Shown here one piece after another: positions 26,083 to 35,308 of a stretch of DNA of 64,000 bases. The stretch is from the NCBI RefSeq assembly GCF_036741115.1, contig NZ_DAINST010000002.1, forward strand, positions 2,463 to 66,462, given 5' to 3'. Position numbers and translations under genes: made by a program. The notes beneath the pieces were generated by a model. It made no database searches. It had not been told where the DNA came from and was given only the letters and a program-made list of their open reading frames with translations. The number at the start of each line of letters is the position of its first letter. The first letter of the stretch is position 1. This DNA comes from Dietzia sp. Its GTDB lineage: Bacteria; Actinomycetota; Actinomycetes; Mycobacteriales; Mycobacteriaceae.

Positions 26083-28353
26083 TTATCCCCTGACCGCGGC
26101 ACGAAGATGCTCGCCGGTGATCGTCGGCTCGTCTGCATCGATCAGCGCGGCCGGGGTGCCCTCGAAAACGACCTCACCACCGCGCGAACCCGCCCCGGGG
26201 CCGATGTCGATGATCCAGTCGGCCGCGGCCATGACCGCCATGTTGTGCTCGATGGCGACGACGGTTCGACCTGCATCGGCGAGCCCCTGCATCATGTCGA
26301 CGAGGCGCCCGGTATCGGCGAGGTGGAGGCCCGTGGTCGGCTCGTCGAGGACGATGACGGGCTCGGATTCCGTGAGCCTCGCCGCGAGCTTGAGACGCTG
26401 CCGCTCGCCGCCGGAGAGCGTATTGAGCGGCTGGCCGAGGCGGAGATAGCCGAGCCCCACGTCGTTCATCCGCTTGACGATCTTCCCCGCCTCGCCCGTA
26501 CTGAACAGCTCGGCCGCGGCCTCGAAGGAGGTGGTGAGCACGTCGTAGATCGAGCGCCCCTCCAGCTGGTACTCGAGCACCTCGGGAAGGAAGCGCCGGC
26601 CCTCGCACTGCTCGCAGCGCGTGGCGACGCCGGCCTGCATCGCGAGGTCGGTGTAGACCACGCCGAGCCCGCCGCAGCCGGGACACGCGCCCTCGGAATT
26701 GAAGCTGAACAGCGCGGGCTTGACCCCGTTGGCCTTGGCGAACTGCTGGCGCACCTTGTCCATGACCCCGGTGTAGGTCGCCGGGGTCGAGCGGCGCGAG
26801 CCGCGGATCGGCGCCTGGTCGACGACGAGCGCCTCGGGGTGTCCGTCGAGCGCCGCGTGGATCAGAGAGGACTTGCCCGAGCCCGCGACGCCGGTGATCA
26901 CCGTGAGCGTCCCCCGCGGGATGCGGAGATCCTGCTCGTGGACGTTGTTCCGCGAGACCTTCTCCACGAGGAGCTCACCTTCGCCGAGGCGGGGCTCCTC
27001 GCGCAGTTCGAGGCCCGCCCGCAGGGAGCGCGCGGTGACGGTATCGGCGCCCGCGAGCTCCTCCCCGTCGCCGAGGAAACAGATCTCGCCGCCGTGCTCG
27101 CCCGAGCCTGGGCCGAGGTCGACGACGAGGTCGGCGCGGCGGATCACCTCCGGCTTGTGCTCGACCACGAGCACCGTGTTGCCCTTGTCGCGGATGCCCT
27201 CGAGGAGGTCGATGAGCCGGTTGATGTCGTGCGGGTGCAGGCCGATCGTCGGCTCGTCGAAGACGTAGGTGACGTCGGTGAGCGCGCTTCCCAGGTGTTT
27301 GACCATCTTGACGCGCTGGGCCTCGCCGCCCGACAGCGTTCCGGCCGCGCGGGAGAGGCTGAGATAGCCGAGGCCGACGGTGATCATCGAGTCGAGCATC
27401 GCGGCGAGGGCGTGCGCCGTCGGCGCGACCTGCTCGGCGTCGATTCCGCCGACCCACTCGCGGAGCTCGTCGATCTGGAGATCGAGGAGTTCTCCAATGG
27501 CCCTCCCGTCGACCGTCGCGGTACGTGGCGCCTCGGCGAGCCGGGTGCCGCCGCACTCGGGGCAGGCCTCACGGGCGGAGACCTTCTCGACGAAGTCGAG
27601 GATGTGCTTCTGCTTCGGCGGGGTGTCTCTATCGAGGTAGAGCTGCCGCAGTTTTTTCTCCAGGCCGAGGTAGGTCTGGTTCGAGGACCCGCGCTTCTCC
27701 TTGACCGGACCGCCGAACATGAACCAGTCCCACTCCTCCTCGGAGTAGTCCTCGATCTTCTTGTCGACGTCGAGCTTGGGGGTGGCCTCGTAGGCGGTCC
27801 AGTGCCAGTCGCCGACGTTGAAGCCGGGGGCGGAGATCGCGCCCTCGGCCAGCGATTTCGACGTGTCGAGGAAGACCGAGCGGTCGAGGACGGACACGGC
27901 GCCCACGCCCTCGCACGCGGGACACATTCCCTCTGGGGTGTTGAACGAGAACATGTAGCTCGCGCCCACGTGGGGCTCGCTGAGGCGCGAGAACAGCAGG
28001 CGCAGATAGGAGTTCGCATCGGTCGCCGTGCCCACGGTCGAGCGGACGTTGGCGCCCATGCGCTCCTGGTCGACCACGATGGCCGCCGTCAGATTCTCGA
28101 GACGATCCACTTCGGGTCGCGGGAGGGACGGCATGAATCCCTGGATGAAGCTCGAGTAGGTCTCGTCGATGAGCCGGCGCGATTCTGCCGCGACCGTGCC
28201 GAACACGAGGGAGGACTTGCCCGACCCTGAGAGGCCGGTGAAGACCGAGAAGCGCTTCTTCGGGATGTCGACGTCGACGCCCTTGAGGTTGTTGACGCGC
28301 GCTCCGCGCACGCGGATGTGGCCGTGGGAATCGGGGTCGGTGGGGCGCGCCAT
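26083..28353 (-). CDS. UvrA-like ABC ATPase, short (about 756 aa) class lacking the UvrB-binding insert (UvrA2/DrrC-like)
   Basis: ATG at 28353 (MARPTDPDSHGHIRVRGARVNNLKGVDVDIP). Walker A GLSGSGKSSL and GVAGSGKSSL. Signatures LSGGEAQRV and LSGGERQRL. Zn modules CPACEG, CPECGG, CPGCGG...CEQCEG. Confidence 0.85.
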   Translation of the reverse strand: MARPTDPDSHGHIRVRGARVNNLKGVDVDIPKKRFSVFTGLSGSGKSSLVFGTVAAESRRLIDETYSSFIQGFMPSLPRPEVDRLENLTAAIVVDQERMGANVRSTVGTATDANSYLRLLFSRLSEPHVGASYMFSFNTPEGMCPACEGVGAVSVLDRSVFLDTSKSLAEGAISAPGFNVGDWHWTAYEATPKLDVDKKIEDYSEEEWDWFMFGGPVKEKRGSSNQTYLGLEKKLRQLYLDRDTPPKQKHILDFVEKVSAREACPECGGTRLAEAPRTATVDGRAIGELLDLQIDELREWVGGIDAEQVAPTAHALAAMLDSMITVGLGYLSLSRAAGTLSGGEAQRVKMVKHLGSALTDVTYVFDEPTIGLHPHDINRLIDLLEGIRDKGNTVLVVEHKPEVIRRADLVVDLGPGSGEHGGEICFLGDGEELAGADTVTARSLRAGLELREEPRLGEGELLVEKVSRNNVHEQDLRIPRGTLTVITGVAGSGKSSLIHAALDGHPEALVVDQAPIRGSRRSTPATYTGVMDKVRQQFAKANGVKPALFSFNSEGACPGCGGLGVVYTDLAMQAGVATRCEQCEGRRFLPEVLEYQLEGRSIYDVLTTSFEAAAELFSTGEAGKIVKRMNDVGLGYLRLGQPLNTLSGGERQRLKLAARLTESEPVIVLDEPTTGLHLADTGRLVDMMQGLADAGRTVVAIEHNMAVMAAADWIIDIGPGAGSRGGEVVFEGTPAALIDADEPTITGEHLRAAVRG

Positions 28354-28459
28354 GCAGGCGAGGATACCGGCGCCCCAACCCCGCTGGACCCTATGATCGG
28401 GCGCCTCGCCCCTACACTGGGCCACGGCTCGGGCACCTCGCCCGGACGCTTCGAGGAGG

Positions 28460-29314
28460 ATGGACGATATGGCGGATTCCCCGATTCCCAAGGTGCATTC
28501 GCACGATGGGCTTGAGCTCCCGGCGATCGGCTTCGGGACATACAAGCTCAAGGGGCGCGAAGGCACCGATGCGATCGCGCGCGCGATCGGCAATGGGTAC
28601 TCGCTCCTCGACTCCGCGTTCAACTACGAGAACGAGGGCACCGTCGGCCAGGCCGTGCGGGCCGCGGGACGCGAGCGCGCCGGCCTCACGATCACATCGA
28701 AACTGCCGGGCCGGCACCACGAGTACGCCGCCGCGATGCAGACCATCGAAGAGAGCGTCTTCCGCACCGGGATCGGCTACATCGACCTCTACCTCGTGCA
28801 TTGGCCAAACCCGAAGCAGGGCAAGTTCGTCGACGCCTGGCGCGCGCTCATCGACGCGCGGGAGCGTGGGCTCGTCGGCGCCATCGGTGTGAGCAACTTC
28901 CTTCCCGAACACATCGAGACCCTCGAGCGGGAGACGGGCGTGCGGCCCGCCGTCAACCAGATCGAGCTGCATCCGCACTTCCCGCAGGAGGACATGGTCG
29001 CGTTCCACCGCGAGAACGGGATCATCACGCAGGCGTGGAGTCCCATCGGCCGGGCGAACGAGATCCTGTCCGAGCCGGTGATCGGCGAGATCGCCGAGAA
29101 AAAGGGCAAGGATCCTGCGGCGATCGTGCTCGCGTGGGACGTGGCGCGGCGCGTGGTGCCGCTCCCCAAGGCATCGTCCGACGAGCACCAGCTCTCCAAC
29201 CTCGCGGCGGGTTCCATCGAGCTGTCCGACGACGAGATCGCGGCAATCACGGCGCTCGGCCGCCTCGACGGACGGATCAAGGGCCAGGACCCGGAGACGT
29301 ACGAGGAGTTCTAG
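28460..29314 (+). CDS. aldo/keto reductase
   Basis: LPAIGFGTYKL, LLDSAFNYENE, IDLYLVHWPNP, LPKASSDEH. Confidence 0.85.
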   Translation: MDDMADSPIPKVHSHDGLELPAIGFGTYKLKGREGTDAIARAIGNGYSLLDSAFNYENEGTVGQAVRAAGRERAGLTITSKLPGRHHEYAAAMQTIEESVFRTGIGYIDLYLVHWPNPKQGKFVDAWRALIDARERGLVGAIGVSNFLPEHIETLERETGVRPAVNQIELHPHFPQEDMVAFHRENGIITQAWSPIGRANEILSEPVIGEIAEKKGKDPAAIVLAWDVARRVVPLPKASSDEHQLSNLAAGSIELSDDEIAAITALGRLDGRIKGQDPETYEEF

Positions 29315-29387
29315 GGTCCGGGAATTCGATGAATCGCAATTAACCCTTTTGGCACGATTGGGTGGAATTGTGATTACGATCACTGTC

Positions 29388-30917
29388 ATGTCGAATCTCG
29401 CCCGTGCCAATAGCGTCGACGCCGTCGTCCGGAGGTCCGCCGCGCGCACCCCGAACGCCGTCGCACTGCACTTCGCCGACCGCGCGCTCACCTACGCCGA
29501 GCTCGACGCAGCCGTCTCCCGCGCCGCCGGCCGCCTACTTTCCCTCGGCCTCGAGCCCGGAGACCGGATCGCCGCGTACGGCACGAATTCCGATGCCTAC
29601 GCGATCGCCTTCTTCGCCGCATCGCGCGCCGGGCTCATCCACGTGCCGATCAATTACGCCCTCCAGGGCGAGGAGTTGACCTACATCCTCGCGGACTCGG
29701 GCGCCACGGTCCTCGTGGTCGACGCCGCGCTCCGTCCCCGTTTCGAGGAGATCGCAGCCGACACCTCGGTCCGGCACGTCCTCGACTTCCGTGAGGGCCC
29801 GGATTCGCTCCTCGTGCAGGCCGGCTCCGGCGAGGTCCCCGAGCTCAGCCCTCCCGAAGGCGGGGACGAGCTGGTCCAGCTGATGTACACCTCGGGGACG
29901 ACGAGCAAGCCAAAGGGCACGAAGATCAGCCACAGCGGCCAGATCCACCACTATCTCTCCTGCTTGCAGGCGCTCGACTACACCCCGGACGACCGGCCCC
30001 TCGTGTGCATGCCGCTGTATCACACGGCAGCCATGCACGCGTTCCTCGTTCCCTACCTCGCGATCGGCGCCGAGGTTTTCCTCCACGAGCGCCCGGACAT
30101 CCCGACGCTCCTCGAGACGATCGAACGCGAGAGGATCGGTTCGATGTTCCTCGCGCCGACCGTATGGGTCCCCCTGGCGAACCACCCCGACCTCGACAAG
30201 CGCGACATCTCTTCGCTCAAGAAAGCCCAGTACGGCGCGTCGATCATGCCGACGCCCGTGCTCCAACGCCTGCGGAAGCGGTACCCGGAGCTCGGCTTCT
30301 ACAACGCCTTCGGGCAGACCGAGATCGGCCCGGTGGCCACCGTGCTCCGTCCCGAGGAACACGACGAGCGCCCGGCGAGCGCCGGCCGCCCCGTGATGTT
30401 CGTCGAGGCGAGAGTCATCGATCCAGAGGGCAACGACGTCGCCCCGGGCGAGCAGGGCGAGATCGTCTACCGCTCCCCCCAGCTGTGCCTCGGCTATTGG
30501 AACAAGCCGGAGGCGACCGACGAGGCCTTCAAGGGCGGCTGGTTCCACTCCGGCGATCTCGTCGTCCGTGACTCCGAGGGGTTCGTCACCGTCGTCGATC
30601 GCATCAAGGATGTGATCAACACCGGCGGCATTCTCGTCGCGTCCCGGGAGGTGGAGGAGGCCGTCTACGAGCACGAGGCCGTGGCCGAGGTGGCGGTAGT
30701 CGGCATGCCGCACGAGCGTTGGATCGAGCAGGTGACGGCGTTCATCGTGGTCAAGGACGGGATGGACGAACCGAGCGAGGACGAAATCATCGAGGTCGCA
30801 TCGCGACATCTCGCCTCGTTCAAGATGCCCAAACAGGTGATCGTCGTTCCACAGCTACCGCGGAATCAGAGCGGGAAGCTGCTCAAGCGCGTCCTTCGCG
30901 AGGGCGCCGAGGAATGA
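29388..30917 (+). CDS. AMP-dependent acyl-CoA synthetase/ligase
   Basis: ATG at 29388. MYTSGTTSKPKGT, GQTEIGP, WFHSGDL...DRIKDVINTGG, and C-terminal SGKLLKR. Confidence 0.85.
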   Translation: MSNLARANSVDAVVRRSAARTPNAVALHFADRALTYAELDAAVSRAAGRLLSLGLEPGDRIAAYGTNSDAYAIAFFAASRAGLIHVPINYALQGEELTYILADSGATVLVVDAALRPRFEEIAADTSVRHVLDFREGPDSLLVQAGSGEVPELSPPEGGDELVQLMYTSGTTSKPKGTKISHSGQIHHYLSCLQALDYTPDDRPLVCMPLYHTAAMHAFLVPYLAIGAEVFLHERPDIPTLLETIERERIGSMFLAPTVWVPLANHPDLDKRDISSLKKAQYGASIMPTPVLQRLRKRYPELGFYNAFGQTEIGPVATVLRPEEHDERPASAGRPVMFVEARVIDPEGNDVAPGEQGEIVYRSPQLCLGYWNKPEATDEAFKGGWFHSGDLVVRDSEGFVTVVDRIKDVINTGGILVASREVEEAVYEHEAVAEVAVVGMPHERWIEQVTAFIVVKDGMDEPSEDEIIEVASRHLASFKMPKQVIVVPQLPRNQSGKLLKRVLREGAEE

Positions 30918-30986
30918 GCTCGGAACCTCTAGCGGACTCCGGAGGGGCCGTGGTGTAGGCGCCGCGGGAGTGGATGGTCGAGCGAG

Positions 30987-31292
30987 GTCCGGCTCTGCTG
31001 CCTGCTGTGGGCGGTAGAGGGGATGGCCGACGCAATGGCCGAGTACGAGGACGCCGTTCTGGCGTTCGTGCCCGAGCACGGCGGCGCGGTGGTGTAGCGC
31101 GCCCGCAACGCACGCTCCACCGGGGATGACGGCGCAGGTCCCCACGGCACGCCGGACGAGGTCCAGTTCTTCCGCTTTTCTTCGCAGGCCGGGCTCGACG
31201 CATACCTCGCCGACCCGCGGCGTGCGGCGATATCCGCTGAGCGCGACAGTGTGGTCGCCCGGACCGAGCAATTTCCTGTGGCATTCGACTAG
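30987..31292 (+). pseudogene. small conserved-looking ORF interrupted by an in-frame TAG (31095-31097) and lacking a canonical start
   Basis: One frame reads ...RLCCLLWAVEGMADAMAEYEDAVLAFVPEHGGAVV*RARNARSTGDDGAGPHGTPDEVQFFRFSSQAGLDAYLADPRRAAISAERDSVVARTEQFPVAFD*. G/C-rich third positions continue on both sides of the TAG. Confidence 0.35.
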
Positions 31293-31391
31293 CGGCGGCC
31301 GATCAGCTCAGCCCCGCCCCGTTTGCACCCCACCCTTGCCCAATACTTCTAATTAATATAGAACTATTGGCGAAAGCGAAGGGAGGGCGCC

Positions 31392-31769
31392 ATGAGATTC
31401 ACGGTCGACACCGGCTCACCGGTCCCGCTCTACGAACAGCTGGTCCGGCAGGTATCCACGCGGGTCCACGACGGGACCCTGCAGCACGGTGCCCGCCTTC
31501 CCGCCGCGAAGCAACTCGCTGCCTCCCTCGACATCAACGTCCACACCGTCCTCCGCGCATACCAGGACCTCCGCGACGCCGGTCTCCTCGAACTCCGCCG
31601 CGGCCGCGGCGCGACCATCACCGGCCGCGCAGGCTCGCTCGCCACCGAGGTCTCCGATCTCCACGCCGCCACCGAACGCGCCCTCTCCGCCGGTCTCTCG
31701 CCGGCCGAGATCCGCGCCGCCATCGAAAACCAGATCTCCCGCTCCATCTCCACCCCACAGGAGGGCTGA
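31392..31769 (+). CDS. GntR family transcriptional regulator, short YtrA-like subtype
   Basis: wHTH LPAAKQLAASLDINVHTVLRAYQDLRDAGLLELRRGRGATI. Only 125 aa, with a short C-terminal helical region. Confidence 0.85.
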   Translation: MRFTVDTGSPVPLYEQLVRQVSTRVHDGTLQHGARLPAAKQLAASLDINVHTVLRAYQDLRDAGLLELRRGRGATITGRAGSLATEVSDLHAATERALSAGLSPAEIRAAIENQISRSISTPQEG

Positions 31770-31772
31770 GCC

Positions 31773-32249
31773 ATGTCCACGTCCACCGACCGCCAGCCGC
31801 TTCTCCGCGGGCCCCTGCGCCACGCCACCGCAGTGGCGACGTGCACAATCCCTCTACTTTTGTCCTGCGTCTACGCGGCCTGCGCGTTCGTATGGCGCGA
31901 CCGGCCCCCCACCGAGATGGCCACGCACTTCTCCGGCGGCGGAAACCCGGACGACTGGTCGTCCCGGACGTCCACGCTGTGGACCTTTACCGCGATCGTC
32001 GTTCTCCTGCTCGCCGTCCCGCTCACATTGACGCTCGCCGGGATCGTCCGCGGGGCCGCAGGAAGACTCCTCGCCGCGGTTCTATCCGGAGCAGCGGGCG
32101 CGACCGGCACCGTCTCGATCCTCGTGCTCTACGTTCAGCTCGATGGCAAGGATCCGTCGCTCGGATGGGTCCCGATGCTCCTCGTCGCCGCTGCAGCGAT
32201 CGTGTGCGGCGCCGTCGCTGCGCTCACCTTCCCTGCCCGAGCGACTTAG
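31773..32249 (+). CDS. DUF1648-type membrane protein (ends at a TAG that is in frame with the following ORF)
   Basis: Starts 4 nt after the GntR stop. Contains FSGGGNPDDWSSRTSTLWTF and four hydrophobic segments. Confidence 0.7.
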   Translation: MSTSTDRQPLLRGPLRHATAVATCTIPLLLSCVYAACAFVWRDRPPTEMATHFSGGGNPDDWSSRTSTLWTFTAIVVLLLAVPLTLTLAGIVRGAAGRLLAAVLSGAAGATGTVSILVLYVQLDGKDPSLGWVPMLLVAAAAIVCGAVAALTFPARAT

Positions 32250-32456
32250 TTACAGGCAGAGCCGGGGCTCGCAGAACGCGGGCCCGAGAACCGCCTCGCC
32301 GCAGGCGAGAAGGTCGCATTCTTCGGCGCCCAGAGCGGCAGCCCGTGGCTCATCGCAGGGATACTCCTCCTGCTCGTCGGCAGCGCTTTCGCCGCGTCGT
32401 TCGCCTCGATCTGGGCCTCGGTCGCCGTCCTCGCTCTCGCCGTTGTCATCTTCCCC

Positions 32457-32777
32457 ATGTCGACGCACCTCCGCGTCCGCATCGACTCCGCCGGCGTCGC
32501 GTGGGCCTTTGGTTTCGGCTTCCCCCGAGGCACGATCGCCCTCGCCGACATCGTCTCCGCGGAATCCACAGCGATCCACCCGCTGGAACACGGCGGCTGG
32601 GGACATCGAATCCGCCCCGCCGGGACCGGGATCATCGTCCGCAGCGGGCCGGGGATCCTGCTCCGCCTCCGCAGCGGAAGGAAGGTCGCGATCAGCGTCT
32701 CTCAGCGCGACGAGGCTGTAGAAACGCTTCACCAGCTGCTCAGCACAGACGGGGACGGACCCACTATTCGCCAGTGA
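32457..32777 (+). CDS. C-terminal PH-like soluble domain ORF; the frame is open from 32250 and looks like the continuation of the DUF1648 protein
   Basis: Track ORF of 106 aa ([30 protein letters not shown]...[11 protein letters not shown]...). The 69 codons upstream (32250-32456) encode two clean TM helices (WLIAGILLLLVGSAFAASFASIWASVAVLALAVVIF) but contain no ATG, GTG or TTG. Confidence 0.5.
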   Translation: MSTHLRVRIDSAGVAWAFGFGFPRGTIALADIVSAESTAIHPLEHGGWGHRIRPAGTGIIVRSGPGILLRLRSGRKVAISVSQRDEAVETLHQLLSTDGDGPTIRQ

Positions 32778-33567
32778 ACTGCGGGGTCTCCTTCGCCGCG
32801 AACGCGGCCGGCCCGATCTTCGCGTCGGCCGAGGCGAAGACCGCTCGCCCCTGCTCGGCATCGAACCGGAACGCCTCCTCCTCGTGCATCCCCTCGGTGG
32901 CGCGAACGGTCCGCATGATCGCCTGCACTGCGAGCGGCCCGTTCGCGGCGATGCGCTCGGCGGCCTCGATCGCCGCCTCGAGTGCCTCGCCATCCTCCAC
33001 GACCCGGCCCACGAGCCCATAGCCGAGCGCTTCCTCTGCAGAAACAGAGCGAGCAGTGAGCAGCAGGTCCATCGCCACCGTGTACGGGATCTGCCGCGGC
33101 AGGCGCACCGCGGACCCGGCGAGCGGATACAGTCCCCACTTCGCCTCGGCGACCCCGAAGCGGGCCGATCGCGCGGCGATCCGGATGTCCGTGCCCTGGA
33201 GGATCTCGGTACCGCCCGCAATCGCGGGCCCCTCGACCGCGGCGATAAGCGGCTTGGCGAGACGCCGCCCCTTGAGCAGCGCCGGGAGCCGAGCGAGGTC
33301 CCAGCCGCCCTCGGCGAATTTATCGCCGGGAGCCTTGTCGTTCATCGACTTGAGGTCCGCGCCGGCGCAGAAAAAGCCGCCCGCCCCCGTGAGCACGCAG
33401 GCACGGATCTCCGGATCCGAGTCGACGAGGTCCCACGCCTCCTCCATTCCCCGGAGCATCGCCGAGGACAAGGCGTTCCGCGCCTCGGGGCGGTTCATCG
33501 TCACGACGAGCACGTGTCCCCGCCTTTCCGTGAGCAGCTGGCGGTCCTCGGGCGTCGGTTCCGACAT
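32764..33567 (-). CDS. enoyl-CoA hydratase/isomerase (crotonase family, EchA19-like size)
   Basis: ATG at 33567 after [21 protein letters not shown] and [13 protein letters not shown]. 267 aa. Confidence 0.85.
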   Translation of the reverse strand: MSEPTPEDRQLLTERRGHVLVVTMNRPEARNALSSAMLRGMEEAWDLVDSDPEIRACVLTGAGGFFCAGADLKSMNDKAPGDKFAEGGWDLARLPALLKGRRLAKPLIAAVEGPAIAGGTEILQGTDIRIAARSARFGVAEAKWGLYPLAGSAVRLPRQIPYTVAMDLLLTARSVSAEEALGYGLVGRVVEDGEALEAAIEAAERIAANGPLAVQAIMRTVRATEGMHEEEAFRFDAEQGRAVFASADAKIGPAAFAAKETPQFTGE

Positions 33568-33652
33568 CGGCACTCCTCCTGGTCCGCGCGAGGCAGGCAT
33601 CGAACAGACCTCCGTAAACGTGACGAACATCACTCGTTCGGCTGCGGGAAAC

Positions 33653-33666
33653 GATAACACGTTCTA
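33653..33666. promoter_or_regulatory. possible KstR-type TetR operator (near match to TnnAACnnGTTnnA)
   Basis: gatAACacGTTctA lies 11 nt upstream of the acyl-CoA ligase ATG (33677), in the divergent echA/fadD intergenic region. The first position is G rather than T. Single occurrence. Confidence 0.25.
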
Positions 33667-33676
33667 GGTTTCGGGC

Positions 33677-35308
33677 ATGGCCTTCCACATCGCCGATCTG
33701 TTCGAGCACAGCGTGGACTTGGTGCCGGAACGCGCCGCCCTCGTCCAGGGCGAACGCACGCGCACGTACGCCCAACTCGAGCACCGCGCCAACCAGCTCG
33801 CCCACGCACTCCGCGACATGGGCGTCGGCCCCGGCGACCGCGTCGCCGTCTACAGCAGGAACACCATCGAGGCCATCGAGTCGATGCTCGCGATCTTCAA
33901 ACTCCGGGCGGTGATGGTGAACATCAACTATCGCTACGTGGCCGCCGAGCTCCTCCATATCCTCCACGACTCGCAGGCGCGGACCGTGATCTGCGAACGC
34001 AGGTACGCAGACGTCCTGACCGAAGCCCTTCCTCAGGCGCCGGACGTGCGCTCCGTGCTCGTGGTGGAGGACCGTTCTGACGCCGCTCCTCCCACCGGCG
34101 GGGCGGCCGCTGTCGTGGAGTACGAGGATGCGCTCGCGGCGTTCGGCGGCGGACGCGATTTCGGCCCACGCTCCGACGACGACGTCTACATGCTCTACAC
34201 CGGCGGCACGACCGGGAATCCCAAGGGCGTGATGTGGCGGCACGAGGACGTGTTCATGGTGCTCGGGGGCGGGATCGATTTCCTCACCCGCGAGACCGTC
34301 GCCGACGAATGGGAGCTCGCGAACAAGGGCGCCGCCGCCGATCCCATCGTGAGCCACGCGCTGCCGCCGCTGATCCACGGCGGCGCGCAATGGGCGATCC
34401 TCCAGGCGCTTTTCGGCGGCAGGAAATCCGTGATCGAGCCGGAGTTCGACGCGGCGACCGTGTGGCGGAACATCACGCGGCACGGGATTAACCTCATGTT
34501 CGTCACCGGGGACGCGATGGTGCGCCCGCTCCTCGACGCGTGGGATCCCGAAGAACACGACGCTTCGACGCTGTTCTACATCGGATCCTCCGCCGCGCTC
34601 CTCTCCCCGACGGTCAAGGAACAGTTCCTCGAGCTGTTCCCCAACGTTCTGCTCTCCGACAACATCGGCTCCTCGGAGACCGGTTTTTCTGGAATGGAGA
34701 AGGTCGAGAAGGGTACGGGGAAGTCAGGCGGCCCCCGGGTCTTCATCGACGCCGAGACCTCTGTAATCGATGCCGACGGCAAGCCCGTCGAGCCCGGATC
34801 GGGGAAGGTGGGCAAGCTCGCCCGGTCCGGTCACATCCCGCTCGGTTACTGGAGGGACGAGGCGAAGACCGCCAAGACTTTCCCCACCCTCGGCGGGAAG
34901 CGCTACGCCATCCCCGGCGACGACGCCCGAGTCGAGGCCGACGGCACCGTGACCATGCTCGGCCGCGGCTCGACCTCAATCAATACAGGCGGGGAGAAGG
35001 TCCACCCCGAGGAGGTCGAGGGCGCGCTCAAGGCGCATCCGGAAGTGATCGACGCGCTCGTCGTCGGCGTCCCTGACGAACGGATGGGGACGAAGGTCGC
35101 CGCCGTCGTCTCCACGCGCGGCGGGCCGGTGGCGCTCGCCGAGCTCAACGAGACCGCGCGTAAGTACGTGGCCCGCTACAAATGCCCGCGCGCGCTGTGG
35201 ATCGTCGACGAGATCCGGCGCAGCCCGGCAGGGAAGCCCGACTACCGCTGGGCTGCGGAGATCACGCAATCGCGCCCCGCCGACGATTCCATGGAGTTCT
35301 CGCGATGA
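33677..35308 (+). CDS. acyl-CoA synthetase (FadD17/FadD19-like steroid or lipid side-chain ligase type)
   Basis: YMLYTGGTTGNPKGVMWRHEDVF, GSSETG, and C-terminal PAGKPDYRWA. Confidence 0.85.
   Translation: MAFHIADLFEHSVDLVPERAALVQGERTRTYAQLEHRANQLAHALRDMGVGPGDRVAVYSRNTIEAIESMLAIFKLRAVMVNINYRYVAAELLHILHDSQARTVICERRYADVLTEALPQAPDVRSVLVVEDRSDAAPPTGGAAAVVEYEDALAAFGGGRDFGPRSDDDVYMLYTGGTTGNPKGVMWRHEDVFMVLGGGIDFLTRETVADEWELANKGAAADPIVSHALPPLIHGGAQWAILQALFGGRKSVIEPEFDAATVWRNITRHGINLMFVTGDAMVRPLLDAWDPEEHDASTLFYIGSSAALLSPTVKEQFLELFPNVLLSDNIGSSETGFSGMEKVEKGTGKSGGPRVFIDAETSVIDADGKPVEPGSGKVGKLARSGHIPLGYWRDEAKTAKTFPTLGGKRYAIPGDDARVEADGTVTMLGRGSTSINTGGEKVHPEEVEGALKAHPEVIDALVVGVPDERMGTKVAAVVSTRGGPVALAELNETARKYVARYKCPRALWIVDEIRRSPAGKPDYRWAAEITQSRPADDSMEFSR

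Noticed and set aside
24334-28230. Long plus-strand ORFs 24334..26073 and 26107..28230, antisense to the BVMO and UvrA-like genes
   Set aside because: No motifs and extreme Arg/Glu/Gly/Asp composition. The minus-strand frames carry GxGxxG, the BVMO fingerprint, Walker A and ABC signatures.
31095-32249. Idea that TAG is read as a sense codon in this organism, which would explain two in-frame TAGs close together
   Set aside because: TAG terminates many well-supported genes in the window (GT4 at 3333-3335, the membrane protein at 3348, DUF3068 at 7142, aftD at 9829, the HAD gene at 57904, and others) at family-typical lengths. Reassignment is therefore not supported. Pseudogenisation or sequencing error is more likely.
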